From assembly GCF_000143415.4 (NCBI RefSeq), contig NW_003314317.1, positions 372,001 to 436,000 on the forward strand: a stretch of DNA of 64,000 bases, written 5' to 3'. The position numbers and the translations under genes were made by a program. The notes below the pieces were generated by a model. The model did not search any database and was not told where the DNA came from. It saw only the letters and a program-made list of their open reading frames with translations. This stretch comes from Selaginella moellendorffii. Its lineage: Eukaryota > Plantae > Lycopodiophyta. This document shows, piece by piece, positions 23,736 through 35,485 of the stretch; position 1 is the stretch's first letter; each line of letters starts with the position of its first letter.

Positions 23736-25310
23736 TTTAGTTTACATTATTGAAGGGCTTAAACTTACAGTCAACAGCAAATCAATTTTCTTGACTAGAA
23801 ATTGCCCAGCAATGCTGGCTAGATGCAGAGTCCAACTCTACACATTAACAAAAATTGTGGGAAGATTCAAAGTTTGTCTAAGAATGTAAGCTCAAACAAA
23901 AGCTCACCATTTTACATCCACAACTGGTATCTTCCTCCAGCCATGCTACCTCAGCAATTTAAACCACGTGGAGGCCTACACCAGTTTCCAGTCCCAACCA
24001 ATATAGGCATGGTAATCTCCCGATTGGACTAATGAAAAACAAAAAGCTCTTGCTTCTTGATCTTGTTCGGTCAGGCTACTTAACTAGCTGCGAGATTAGG
24101 TTGGAACAGTGGAAATCAATGTATTCAAAGTTTACAAATATTGATTTATACAATTACCTGGAGGCCTCACTGTCACCCAAGTCAGAATTCTGCCATTACA
24201 TGAAAGCCATGCCGCTTGGCTTGTTAAAGGACTTATTTAACAACCTATTACAAAGAGAATTCCATCTTCTTCCCTGTAAACCCTTATGTCTCCGAAAGAG
24301 TCTGAATTCCATCAAACTGTGCCTATAGAACCATATTTGAATGATGACATCAGCTGCCACATTTCATTAGCCTAAGATTTAAAACAAGAATAGTCCCCTC
24401 TTGAAAATAGGAATCAAGAAAACACTCCAGCAATGCCGAGCACTCTCACCTTCAGACCTTGAGCAGCGTTGTAGCAGAGCCAAGATGTGCCAATAGCCTA
24501 AGCGCTCATGTTGCTTATGCGTGTGCACCATGGGGCAGCACGGGACACATGGACCCACCTACAGCTGGATCTTGAAAAAGAAAAATCCAATCCATGCAAA
24601 ATGGAATTAAGATCACTTGCTGCATGGCACAATTTCCCTGGAAAATCCTGAAAAAGCAACCTTGATTGCTGTGATCCAGGGTCAAGATCACTTGTGGCCA
24701 GGAGATGAATTAAGATCCACTTAATTTATAAGTACATCCGAGCACACAAACCATTGTTGAATGCTATTCTTCATTTACTCTAGGTACAAAGAACACGCAA
24801 AGATAAAAAAATAAAAATTCACTAACTGATCTCCTCAACACCCAGTCTTGTGCTATGGCCTTTGCTCAAGGAGTTGCTTACCAAACCACAGAAACCTGTC
24901 AATTTGAGAGAATAAGCTTATATAAATAAGCTTACAGCGGATGCCTTCACTTATGTGGCGCCCAAGAATACGCCAGCAGTGAATGGTGATTGGTGATCGA
25001 TTATATGCTATGGTTTGCAGGTGGAATGCAATAAGGAGCCAACATATTTTAGAATATATGTGGCTTGGAACTTGTTGTTAGGAGCTTACAGCGAACACTC
25101 TTGCCCCCACTCATTACACCTGCACCAGCTACTGCTGTTCGTGTCATTGAAGGCCAACTATTAAGCATTGTGGTTTGCTGACAGATTGCCACATCCCCAA
25201 ATCCATAAACGATCAAAATTTTGGAGAAAGAAACTAAAGAAAACTGTTTCCAGTTGCACAAGCTGGCATGAGAGGAGCAATGCAAGCACAAGCTTTCAAG
25301 TAGGAGCCAT

Positions 25311-26771
25311 AATTTCTAGAGAGCCAAGAGAAAAGAGGAGCAAATAGACTGAGCAAACAAAGGGGGCAACCTCCCATAGATAAAGCTTCAGAGCACAAAC
25401 TCACACAAAAGCTCGCACAGGCTTTTACTTTAGTGGTAGTAGTAGCACCTTAATGTGGATAACCATGGTTTCACCACCTCATCGGAATCATCTACACAGG
25501 TTTTCAACGCTGATCAAAATAGATCATCAAAAGGTGAACATTGGAGCTAAAGGAGCAGAGGCTTGTCTGTTGGATTCTTTCTCAATTGGCAAACTTTCAC
25601 CTTCAGTGACTCAAATCTGCTTCACATCCAACCAAAGCTATTGAGCTCTCCCTAGATGTAGTGAGTGCCAAAGCACAACCCAGGCCTCAGATCGGACGGC
25701 TGCTGGAGTATATAGATTCCAACCCTTGAATTTTAAAACAAATCTTCATCCCATAATGGAAAAGTATAAAGAACTCAAAATCTTGAGAACATTGAATTTT
25801 GGGCTTGGAGCAAATTTTTCTTGAGACTAATTTGGTTCTCTCTCAAATTGCCTTCTCTCCACAGCTTGATATGAAAGGTTTCACTATAAATGTGTGTGTG
25901 TAGCAATTTTCCTTTCGTAACTGGTTCTAACCCTCACACTTATATCCAGCACTGTAATTAACGAAACATTTGCAAAAGAAAAGTCTAATATACCTTCAAT
26001 TCACCTGCTTCTAAAGCTGAAGTTACCTTGGAAACTCTAGTTAAAGTGTCAAAAATCACACAGCTCCAATTCTCTAACAGAGCCCAAAACCATTTTGTTA
26101 GTATATATGCCATTGGTCCTTGAAAAGAATTGTGGTTACAGAAAGAAACAAGAAGAATTTCTTACTGGAGGATATTTTCTTAAGCATAGCTTCTCCACCC
26201 GTAACTTAGCGGGAGACATAGACACAGGTGAGTTCCCCAGTGTACTGATGGGACACTTAGGGACAAATTAGAAGCTCAAAATCATTGAACCATGCTTGGA
26301 ACCCTCACCCGCATCTCCGTAGCTTCTCTCCACCGCCTCGCAGACAGCAAATCTGCAAATCTACAAATCCGCTTTCATCGTGTCAAGATCAGGGAGATCT
26401 TACATCACAAATTTGATTCATCTGCCTAGTGTAATCCATCAGTGCCGACGTGCAAGATCTCTGCCCTGAGCATGCGACGGAACCCTAGAGTAGACACTTG
26501 TCACATTGCTCCGTCAAAGATGTGCCATCATCCCATTGGCATGAAAGCCGAGGGCTCAAATTGGACGGCTGCTGGAGGTAGAGTTTTAGTATTATAAGTA
26601 AGAGCCTTAATTTCTAGAGTTGAGCAAATAAAGGGGGTAACCTCCTATAGATAAGCTCTCACATATACTGACTTTTACTCCATTGGCAGTAGTAGCACTA
26701 ACCTGCCTGTTGGATTCTTTCTCAACTGGCAAACAGTGACTCAAATCTGCTTCACATCCAACCAAAGCTAC
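25311..26771. repeat. Diverged direct repeat pair (25311-25641 / 26609-26770)
   Basis: Shared ctgttggattctttctcaa.tggcaaac..cagtgactcaaatctgcttcacatccaaccaaagcta; the second copy carries deletions. Confidence 0.75.
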
Positions 26772-27016
26772 TAAACTCTCCCTGAAGTTCCAGAAATTTG
26801 GAACTCCAGATCCCCGAGAGTACACCAAACACTCTCACCCCTGCTTATGGCGCCAACAGCTGATTGAAGGCCAAAGCATTGCTGCTACAATAGAATCACC
26901 CTAGACTCATGCATTACAGCAAACCCTCTTCCCTCCTGGGCCAGTTGTGTGTGCCACCCATTGGTTGCCACCTCAGATTAGGGCCTTTTCGTCTTTATAA
27001 CCTAAAATAATGAAAA

Positions 27017-27100
27017 TGTCAGAAGTGGGATTTGAACCCACGCCCTCGTGAGAGGAGCAGAACTTGAGTCTGCCGCCTTAGACCACTCGGCCATCCTGAC
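27017..27100 (-). tRNA. tRNA-Leu(CAA), 84 nt, intronless
   Basis: GTCAGGATGGCCGAGTGGTCTAAGGCGGCAGACTCAAGTTCTGC...GGTTCAAATCCCACTTCTGACA; anticodon arm GCAGA-CTCAAGT-TCTGC, long variable arm, followed by TTTT. Confidence 0.97.
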
Positions 27101-27129
27101 ATTTGATAATAAATCTCTCAGAAAAACGA

Positions 27130-27285
27130 ATAAAAGTTGGAAGGGCCGAACCTCCACTGATTTACGTATGGTGTATCGCATTGTATTCTTCAAGAAGGGA
27201 TTCTTCAACAGCAGCGGAGTTGGCCTCTGATTCTCTCCCTCAAGAAATGGATGATGGTCATGATTATAAAGCCCCTCCTTCATAA
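27130..27285 (+). pseudogene. Truncated paralog of the secreted repeat gene at 28605
   Basis: IALYSSRRDSSTAAELASDSLPQEMDDGHDYKAPPS* and promoter similarity (gggcc.aa..ct.cactgatt); signal peptide and in-frame ATG are lost. Confidence 0.8.
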
Positions 27286-27289
27286 GGCT

Positions 27290-28380
27290 CCTAATATTTC
27301 ACTCTCATCGATCTTAAGTTCTGCTCGTGTTCGTGGTCTTGCAGCTCTGCTGGAAATGAGGCCCTGGGATGCCCGGCATGCCAGGAGGAACAGCAGTAGC
27401 TCCAGGAGTGTACTTCAGAGAACGGAAGGTGCATTGCCATGGCAGGGGCCGCAAAGGAATACCAGGTATTCGAGCGACACCATTGGCATTGCCATGCCAA
27501 CGCTGGCGTCAACAACACCTCGAGCACCCAGGAATGAGCTCCCCAAGCTCCATCTGAACTGATCCAGATGCTCGTCCCAGTGGTGCCATTTGCTCGTTAG
27601 AGGCCAAGACAGCAGACGTGCGTTGTACTTGTCGCGAGTTATCACCAGGACAATTTCGACACCAGAACTTCATGGTGTGGTTACTGCATCCGCTACTCAG
27701 ACGACAAAGCCACCGCTAAGAACAAGAAAAAAGGTGTGTCATAGAACATCCAACAACACCTGCAAAGTGGCCCATGGGAACCCCATGGCAAATCCAGAAT
27801 GTTGCTGTCGTGAGCATTTGAGACTTCTGGTTGAGGTTGTTCGTGCCTAAAACAATAACGTCCATGTGAAATCAGAATTGAGTCTCCTCAGGTGGTAACA
27901 TACCCAACGAGCCAGTGTATAATGCTGCTGTCATGGCTTCTGCTCACGAAGAGTTCCTCGTGGAAAGGATGCCACGCCAATGCTGCACCAAAATCAAAAC
28001 GTAAGAGCACTCTAACTCATCCAATATACATGTTACTTCGTTCTTAACGATTAGCCTCGATTAGGTTCGGATGTCAAACAGCTGAGAAAGAGGGGGAAAA
28101 AAACAAGGAAGAGGCGTTCAGTTCACTTTGTTCACTTAGCTTGATTACTTGGTCTCTTCCTATTTCACACACTACACACGTCCTTCGCACGAAGATATCA
28201 TGAGATTAGTTATAAGGCTTACCAGAAACGAGGAGAAACTTTTGTGGATGCCAATACACGCTCTTGACATCCCAGCCGTGAGCTGTACAAATCCAAACGT
28301 ATAAGAACATAGAGAACTAGCTTACATCGACATACCTGTTAATGTCTTGACACCGGTATATATCATCATTCACCACTAAA
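27290..28380 (-). pseudogene. FY: Non-processed pseudogene of FY/WDR33 (polyadenylation factor)
   Basis: [80 protein letters not shown] match FY WD40 motifs; introns retained, stops present. Confidence 0.8.
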
Positions 28381-28604
28381 AACGAGAAGCCAAGCTTGTT
28401 TTCACCTGGAAGCATCTCTCTCTAGAAAACTGTAGAGAATCAGCCATTGATTTGTAGATAAATAATTGTAAAATAGACACATGGCATTTGATGAGAAAAT
28501 CGAATCAATATGGGAGTGACAATCAGATGCCATGCACATTCTTGGACCTTATATAAAGGGGCCAAAGGCTGCACTGATTAATGAGCAATCAGCACAGTTT
28601 CACC

Positions 28605-29057
28605 ATGAATTCTTCTTTGGTGTTTTTGGTGTTTGTATTTGCCACATTCCAGATTGCATTGTCTTCTTCAAGAAGGGAGATCTTGTCTGATTCTTCAACA
28701 GCAGCGGAGCTGGCCTCTGATTCTCTTCTGCCTCCCTCCAAAATGGATGATGATGAAGCCCCAACTCCAAAGATGGATGATGGTCATGCACCTCCTCCCC
28801 CTTCAAAGATGGAAGATCATGACCATGATCATAGGGCTCCTCCTCCGCCAAAGATGGATGATGGTCATGATCAGCTAGCTCCTCCTCCTCCTCCAAAGAT
28901 GGATGATGATGATGATGATCAGCTAGCTCCTCCTCCTCCTCCAAAGATGGATGATCATAATCATCTAGCTCCTCCACGCAGGCCAAAGAGGACGGGGAAC
29001 AACAATAACAACAACATCAACATAAATATCAACTTGGATAAAAAACGATCATGCTAG
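28605..29057 (+). CDS. Small secreted protein with six KM(D/E)D..AP repeats (candidate multi-peptide precursor)
   Basis: TATA at 28549-28557, caccATG, hydrophobic signal peptide, RREIL, six Asp/His/Pro repeats, Asn-rich tail; single exon. Confidence 0.75.
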   Translation: MNSSLVFLVFVFATFQIALSSSRREILSDSSTAAELASDSLLPPSKMDDDEAPTPKMDDGHAPPPPSKMEDHDHDHRAPPPPKMDDGHDQLAPPPPPKMDDDDDDQLAPPPPPKMDDHNHLAPPRRPKRTGNNNNNNINININLDKKRSC

Positions 29058-29462
29058 ATCAACGCGAGGAGAATAATTACTCTTTTCGATGGATTCTCTC
29101 CATCCTTTGTATTTGCAATTAAAGATAAATAATAATTAGTTTGAAACATAACGAAAGATTTCGTAAAGAAATACATAGAACCACCGCGGAACTACTGGAG
29201 GAGTTTGGGGAAAAGAGAAACTTTGATTTGGTGGCGTATTTGAGCCAACGATCTCTACGTCGGTGAAGGAGCTCCCAAGTTTGTGTACAAGAGAGTCTAC
29301 CTCAAGTGATGCAGCAGAGAACAAGGACGAGCACAAGTTTCTCGCCACACTCAAGTACATCATGTAAAGCTCCTGTGACTATCGAAGCGGGAGTGGTGAA
29401 AACCAGAAGAAAGCTAAAAAGTGCTAGCCTGTGCATGTATGATTACGGTACTTACAAGGAAT

Positions 29463-31251
29463 TTACGAGAAGTCCCTGCCCTTCAGAACAAAGACACATA
29501 CCATTGTCCAAACTGCAATAAGATGGTGATCAGTAAAAATCGATTTGATAAGAGAATGTAGTTGCTCACTATATACTGCCGCAGCGAGCCATTCGTTTAT
29601 GACTTTCACCCAAACGCTTGCCCACCCGACGTCTATGCTCCACCTTGAATTCACACACAAAGGACACGAAGCTTATAGAGGAAGGAGCAGAGCTTACTTA
29701 CCTGTGCATTGTTTGGTGAAGGTTCCAGCCAACGAACAGCATCGCAAAGTACATCGCACCCATCGCAAAGACGAAATGAAAGAAACCATAGCTGTATGGG
29801 ATATCATTCTCGGATGTCTCCTCTTCACTGTGTGGTAGCTGTAGAAACGAAAACATTTTAAAAAATGTGAAAATAACTCGAGAGGTTAAAAAAGTGGATA
29901 CCGCAAGAGATTTCGAATCTATTCCGGTAGAGAATGTAGCTAGGATGATTGCAAAGAACGCTATCAGAAAGCTCTGTAAAAGAAATAGACATAATCAGAG
30001 GAGAAAAACTGAAGATATCTGGACGTACCAAAACAGTTAGCCAGTCAGCCTTCCCAGTTTGTCGTGATCGCGTATTGCAAAGCTCAGAAGCAGGTTCACT
30101 ACGAAAAAACAAAAAGAGAAATAAGAAAAAAAGGAAAAAAATAAAAAAATGATACCTCATAATTGCTGACCAGCAGAGAAACACTAGATACAGTGAAATC
30201 AACCCTGATGTCAGCAATCCCGCATTGACCTGGAAATATACTTATCAGAAAAACAAGCCATTGAAAGAATTTCACAGTACTTTCGAATGCAGGGAGATGG
30301 CCGTCACGACTAAAATGAGAACGAAAGTCCATGTGATGAAAAAGATATTGACGCCGCAGGACGCCCGTGGAGAGAACCAGACATACATCAAGATGATGCC
30401 TATGAATGAAAGTATATACGAGCCCACAGCAATCACGACCAGCGGTATTTGGCTGCAAAGAAAGATCGTGTAAGTCCCAAAACAGTACACAGCTTGAAAA
30501 TTACCAGCGTCGGACGTTATGCTCGGAGAGCCACTCTTCGTTCCACCAGTATATGAAATTGATGACACTGAGGAGCTGGATAACGAGAAAAATTCTGTGA
30601 AACGAGCAGTTTTCAGCGTGAAAAGAAAAAGAAAAAGCTTTCCAATGCACTTACCCAGCTCCAAACCTGGCCATTTCACCTGCAAAGCAAAATTGATCCA
30701 TCGCTTCTAGAAGAAGAACATTAAATTCACTTACCATACATTTGAATGAATGCGGATGGGATGAAAAATGGGAGCACCATCACGATGATCCAGAAGAGGC
30801 TCTTAATTGGCCACCAGCCTGAGTGCCAAGCGTCACGGGGGTCGTCGGGTTTAGAAGTTCCCACAGTCGTCAAATACATTGTGAAGAAGAACACCTGATG
30901 CTAAGTTAAGGAACAGAATAAAAGCGAGGATAGAAAATTTTCAAAGGATACGAAGCATCCCAGGCTCACTCGTAGAACACCCTCACTGCCCAAACAATCG
31001 TGTCCTCCTTGGCATCCTTTCAAATCTAGAAAGAAAATCACAAGTATTAGTTCAATCGTCAGCTCGGAGGACACACACTTACAATGCAAAGAAGCCAATG
31101 CGTCATGGCTGTAGTCCCGGATCATCCAGGCCACCACAGTGGTGAGCAAGAAGATTATGGCGTAGATGTAGCGGGCATTCATCCGGCTCGGGCCGATACA
31201 CGACTTGGCCAAGCAGCTCTCGGCCACAGACTCGAAACATCCCCGCGCCAT
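29463..31251 (-). CDS. SERINC / TMS-TDE membrane protein, spliced
   Basis: ARYIYAIIFLL, CLGSEGVLRVSLGCF, WHSGWWPIK, IPYSYGFFHFVFAMGAMYFAMLFVGWN, WSIDVGWASVWVKVINEWLAA, GRDFS*. Confidence 0.93.
30895..30951 (-). other. U12-type (minor spliceosome) GT-AG intron, 57 nt, in SERINC
   Basis: 5' site GTATCCTTT; branch point TTCCTTAAC followed by 10 nt ending in the AG; removal joins LGCF|VFFFTM in frame. Confidence 0.85.
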
Positions 31252-31816
31252 GGATTTCTTCCCAGGTTCTCAGATCATCCAGCTCGCGAAGCCGAAATAT
31301 CGAAATCCGCCACGCCCCACGGCCTCCTGTGACAATGCAGGCCCGGCATTCGTAGAAACGATCAAGATTTCACACAAACCTGAGCGATCGGCAAGGGGTC
31401 GACACGAGCGCCTAGCGATCCAAGCGCGAAATCATCCGTGCGCGCCGCCTCGCGAAGAAGGGAATGCCCTAAGATCCTCCACAAAGAGAGCGTGAGGTAA
31501 GAGTACGGAAGCCTCCAGCTTTCATCCTTTGCCTCACTGGGCGTGCGCCGCAAGGGAGTCTGGGCATGAACCATGTGGCCCAAAAGGCCCACGATCCGAC
31601 GGCCGGCGTGGATCTTGGAGGCCGTACGAGCGCAGAGATCTAACGGTTGGAACAGTTGATCCAACGTTCTTTCGTTCAAAACCTATTTAGCTATATGATT
31701 AGTTAATGGGTGTTTATCTAATTATACTTAGCCTAATCTACATCACTAATGTGTGACTTTGTATGCAAAACTGGATGAAACCATTTCTCTCAACCTCAAG
31801 AATAAAAAGAATTTGA

Positions 31817-33089
31817 TCAAGACCAATCTTCTTTGTCCCTGATCCACTTTGTGGCGACCCATTTCTCGCCTTTAATCACTGGACAGCTCCCGTGCAATGC
31901 AGTCTAACAACGGCGACAATATGTCAGTGGCGATTTCTTCGTTTTCGATCGACTGACCTTGTCAAACGTTCCATTCGGGAACATGGAATAGAAGAGCAAA
32001 GCGTCGCCTTGCTTTGGCTTCACCTTCAAACCGATGCATTCTTTGTAGTCGTAGTTCTCGTTCATGTGCTCGTAATTCTAGACATGGAAACAGGAGTCAT
32101 GGATTCAACAGCTTGAAGACGTGAAAGCAGCGGTACCTCGAAAGGAAACATCGTCTCTCCGCCTTCTTCAACGTCTGAAAGATACAAAAGAAAGGAAGCC
32201 ATCTGCATAAGAGAAACGTATCAGCTTGAAACTCCAAGCTGAGACGACGACTTACGCGTTGGCTCTTCTGAGGTCCGTATTCCGCAGGATTGAAAACGTC
32301 ATAGTGGCTGTTGTATTTCTGTCCGATCTCGTAGCGAAGAACATTGAAAGCCTGCAAAGGTTTGCTTTGAACTAAAACTCGTCTTTTCATCGTTTGTCTG
32401 TTTACCTCTCCGTGTGACTTGGGGATCATCGTGGCTTTAGCCATTTTTTCCTCCACCCAGGCCAGTGTGCCCGTCTTGTCTTGCCTGGAGCTCAAGAAGC
32501 AGCCATGACTGCCTTACATGACAGGAAAAACTCGTCTCAAAAGCTCGAAACCGCGCCGGCAAAAAGAAAAGAAGGAAGAGAAGATAAGAACCTTGTTCTT
32601 ACGTCCTGCGTCTCCGTGGCCGTCTCTCCCTTGCGAAGAGCAAGTGAAGATGGCGTAAGCTTCGTCTTTGCTAGACTGATGATCGCCTCGCACTGTGCCG
32701 GGCTTGCGAATTTCGGGAAGAGAAGAGCTCGAGGTGTCCAGCTTAGTACCTGACTTAAGCATAAGCAAAAAGAAGTCCAAGAGAATCTATAATCTCACTC
32801 TCTCACCTGGAAAGGTATGAATGACAATTGATCGTCGCCAGTCACACCGTGCTCCGCGACCGTGACATCCTCGAGTAACTCATGTCTTTGATTCGCAAAT
32901 GCTGGATTTGTATCCTCTGGAAGCTAAAGGAGTACAAGAAAAAGATGGAATTGAGTGCTTCGTTACAAGGATTACCTGCTGGAATTCGGGGATGAAGTAT
33001 CCAACGAGAAAAGCGAGCACGCACAAGACTAGAACCAGAGGCGCCGATACCTGGTGGCCGCACACCCGGCCTCTCGATCTCCCCTTCAT
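31817..33089 (-). CDS. Prolyl 4-hydroxylase (P4H9-like, type II membrane), spliced
   Basis: VLSWTPRALLFPKFA, FNVLRYEIGQKYNSHYDVF (HxD), LLYLSDVEEGGETMFP, LHGSCPVIKGEKWVATKWIR. Confidence 0.93.
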
Positions 33090-33130
33090 AATTTTGGAGC
33101 CGGATTGAAGCTACAACCCTGAATCCAACC

Positions 33131-33154
33131 TATCGATCGATCGATCGATCGATC
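33131..33154. repeat. (ATCG)n microsatellite in the P4H/DRC8 divergent intergenic region
   Basis: tatcgatcgatcgatcgatcgatc. Confidence 0.85.
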
Positions 33155-33407
33155 CCTCACCTTCTAATCAGCACGGCGCTCGCTCGCGAGCGCCCTACCT
33201 AGTGAAGATTTCTCCGCCCTACCACGCGATCAATGCCGTGTCGTTTCGCGGCCGTCGGGAAGAACAGCCGTTCTCTAGCTACCTGAGCAAATAATACCCC
33301 AAAAAGTCAACTCGGGCTTTAATCGTTGACTAGATCTCTGCCACGTGTTCTCTTTGACTATGCCATGCAGGCCCTAGTTTTTGTTTTCCCGCATTTTAGG
33401 GTTCTTG

Positions 33408-34318
33408 ATGGCGGAGGACGCGCCGAGATCGAGGAAGAAGGCGCCTGAGCCGGAGCCCGAGCCGCCACAGCCGACGTATGTCTACGATCTTGGCGCCGAT
33501 ATGCTGGAGATGCTCCACAAGGCGTTCAATCTCGTGGCCAAGAAGGGCGGCAGGAAGAAGCCCAACGAGGTAGATGAGAGGTGAGTCTCGGGGGGAATCT
33601 CGGCGATCTTTGGCCCACAATTGCTTCCAGGGATGTCCCAGTGTTGGTGCGCGCGCTGGGATATAATCCAACCGACCAGCACATCCAGCGTGTGGTTCTC
33701 CGGGTAAGAAAGAAAGGACCAATGAACGGGATCGATCTTTCTTCTCTCCCTCGCTCTTGACCGATCTTCCCGAGGAAACAGGCAAGAGAGGACGAAGATC
33801 CAAAGCATTGCACGAGAGGGCACCTAGACATCAACAATCTCCAGAAGAAGATCGCGGAAGTTTTCGCCACGGATCCATCGTTGTCGTATCGCCACACCGA
33901 GAACGAGCTCATCGCATGCCTTCGAGTAAGCAAAGATTCTCGACTGCTGGATTTCTCTGATGGAATTCTCTCTTTCTTTTGTTCTCAAGGCTCTATCTCC
34001 GCCGAGCCAGGACTACATCGAGCCTACTGATCTCTACGTAAGTGATTTGGATGCGCGATCCATCTCGTACGTATCCATCACTCTTGTGATCAGGATGCGA
34101 TGACCGATCACGGTGTGAGTTTCACGCACGACGAAGCCGAGACGATGATCCGGGTGGGCAAAGATCGAGACACACAGAAAGTTTGGCACGAAGACTACGC
34201 GTTCGTGGCGGCCAGCGATTCCATCCCAAAGCCTCCAAACATTATCGCCACAGAGATTCCTCCCGAGCTCCCGCCAATGGAAGCGCCGCCGCCGCCGCCG
34301 CCGCCACCGCCAGCCTAA
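33408..34318 (+). CDS. EF-hand protein resembling EFCAB2/DRC8 (dynein regulatory complex), spliced
   Basis: AFNLV..EVDER|DVPVLVRALGYNPT...MTDHGVSFTHDEAETMI...VWHEDY parallels the EFCAB2 pattern recalled from memory; poly-Pro tail. Confidence 0.6.
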
Positions 34319-35099
34319 CACGTTTCAAATATTTTGGCGGGGTTGCTAGGGTTTGTTCTCATAGAAGTGAATGGCTAGGGAAGGTTTTTCTGGGTTGGCA
34401 GGATGCGATTTGATGCATTCCATTGCTGGTTTGGTGATCGAAACATCAAGCAATGTAGGTTTGGTTTTTTTTTTTTTTTGTTTGTTTGTTTGTTTTTATT
34501 GCTTCTCAAATTTTCTTTGTGCGTGTGTTGTGTTTGCTTTGACGCATTGTTGTGAAACTTTCTTCATTGGCTGTTTTTCTTTTTGTTGTTGTGTTTTAAT
34601 CGCAGGAAACAAATGCTTGCAACCGGATGTGACTAAAGCGTAGTAGTAACTTTCTTTCTTTCCACTTTTGTGCTGATTTATACAATTTTTTCCTTCCATT
34701 TTTCTAAAGAGAAGGTTGCTAATATGCTGAAGCAGATAACAAAACAATGGGAGTGCTATATATAGCAACACCCCTTTTCAGGCAAGATTTCAATTCGGAT
34801 AGGAATAACTTGCAACCATAAAGTAGCAAAAACTTTTTCGTAGAACTGATTTACGGCAGCAACCTTGAAAAGTAGAGCATAAGTCAAAACATTATCCACA
34901 AAAGCCACAAAATCCTTACCTTATCACTGTCTAAGCTGATATTTTGAACCACAACATTTCTTCCACGTCCCAAATTCAGTTCGAAGCTTCCATTTTCGAG
35001 GGAGGCATCCAACTTTGATGACAAGAACAGTGCAAAGTTACGATAGGAGAACCTGTCGTCACTGGAGCTAAAGGAAAGCACGCAGGTGTGGAAGGTCAA

Positions 35100-35485
35100 T
35101 GGCAATGCCGTGAGTTTGTTCTTGTTCTTGGGTTTTCCTCTCGCAGCTCTGATCGATCCATGGCATGATTTTGCAGCAAAAGAGCGATGTTTACATCGTC
35201 TACATGGCGAAATCGGGCGAGGAGAGCCCCGACGCGTTGGAAGCCAAGCAGCTATGAAGAGCATCGGACTTAAAAGACTTTCGTGAAGACGCGTCAAGGA
35301 TCTGTTGTTTATGTGTGATCGTTCGCTCTAATGTGGTCCTGCCAGAGTATGTCCATGCGTAATACGACCGCTGCTCATCATTCTAGTATAGCAGTATTCT
35401 TCTCAGTCTAGACTTGACAGACGCCGTGGTTTCCTACATAAAGCGCCTTCATCATGCATTCACTCTTATAACCTCACCAAGCTCA
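35100..35485 (+). pseudogene. Possible subtilase propeptide (inhibitor I9)-like relic
   Basis: Hydrophobic leader, then SDVYIVYM (I9 first strand) with an early stop; DAVVSY..HAFT lies downstream. Confidence 0.3.

Noticed and set aside
29839-29901. Second SERINC intron with U12-like donor GTATCCAC
   Set aside because: The donor deviates from GTATCCTT and there is no TCCTTAAC branch point near the acceptor; treated as U2-type.
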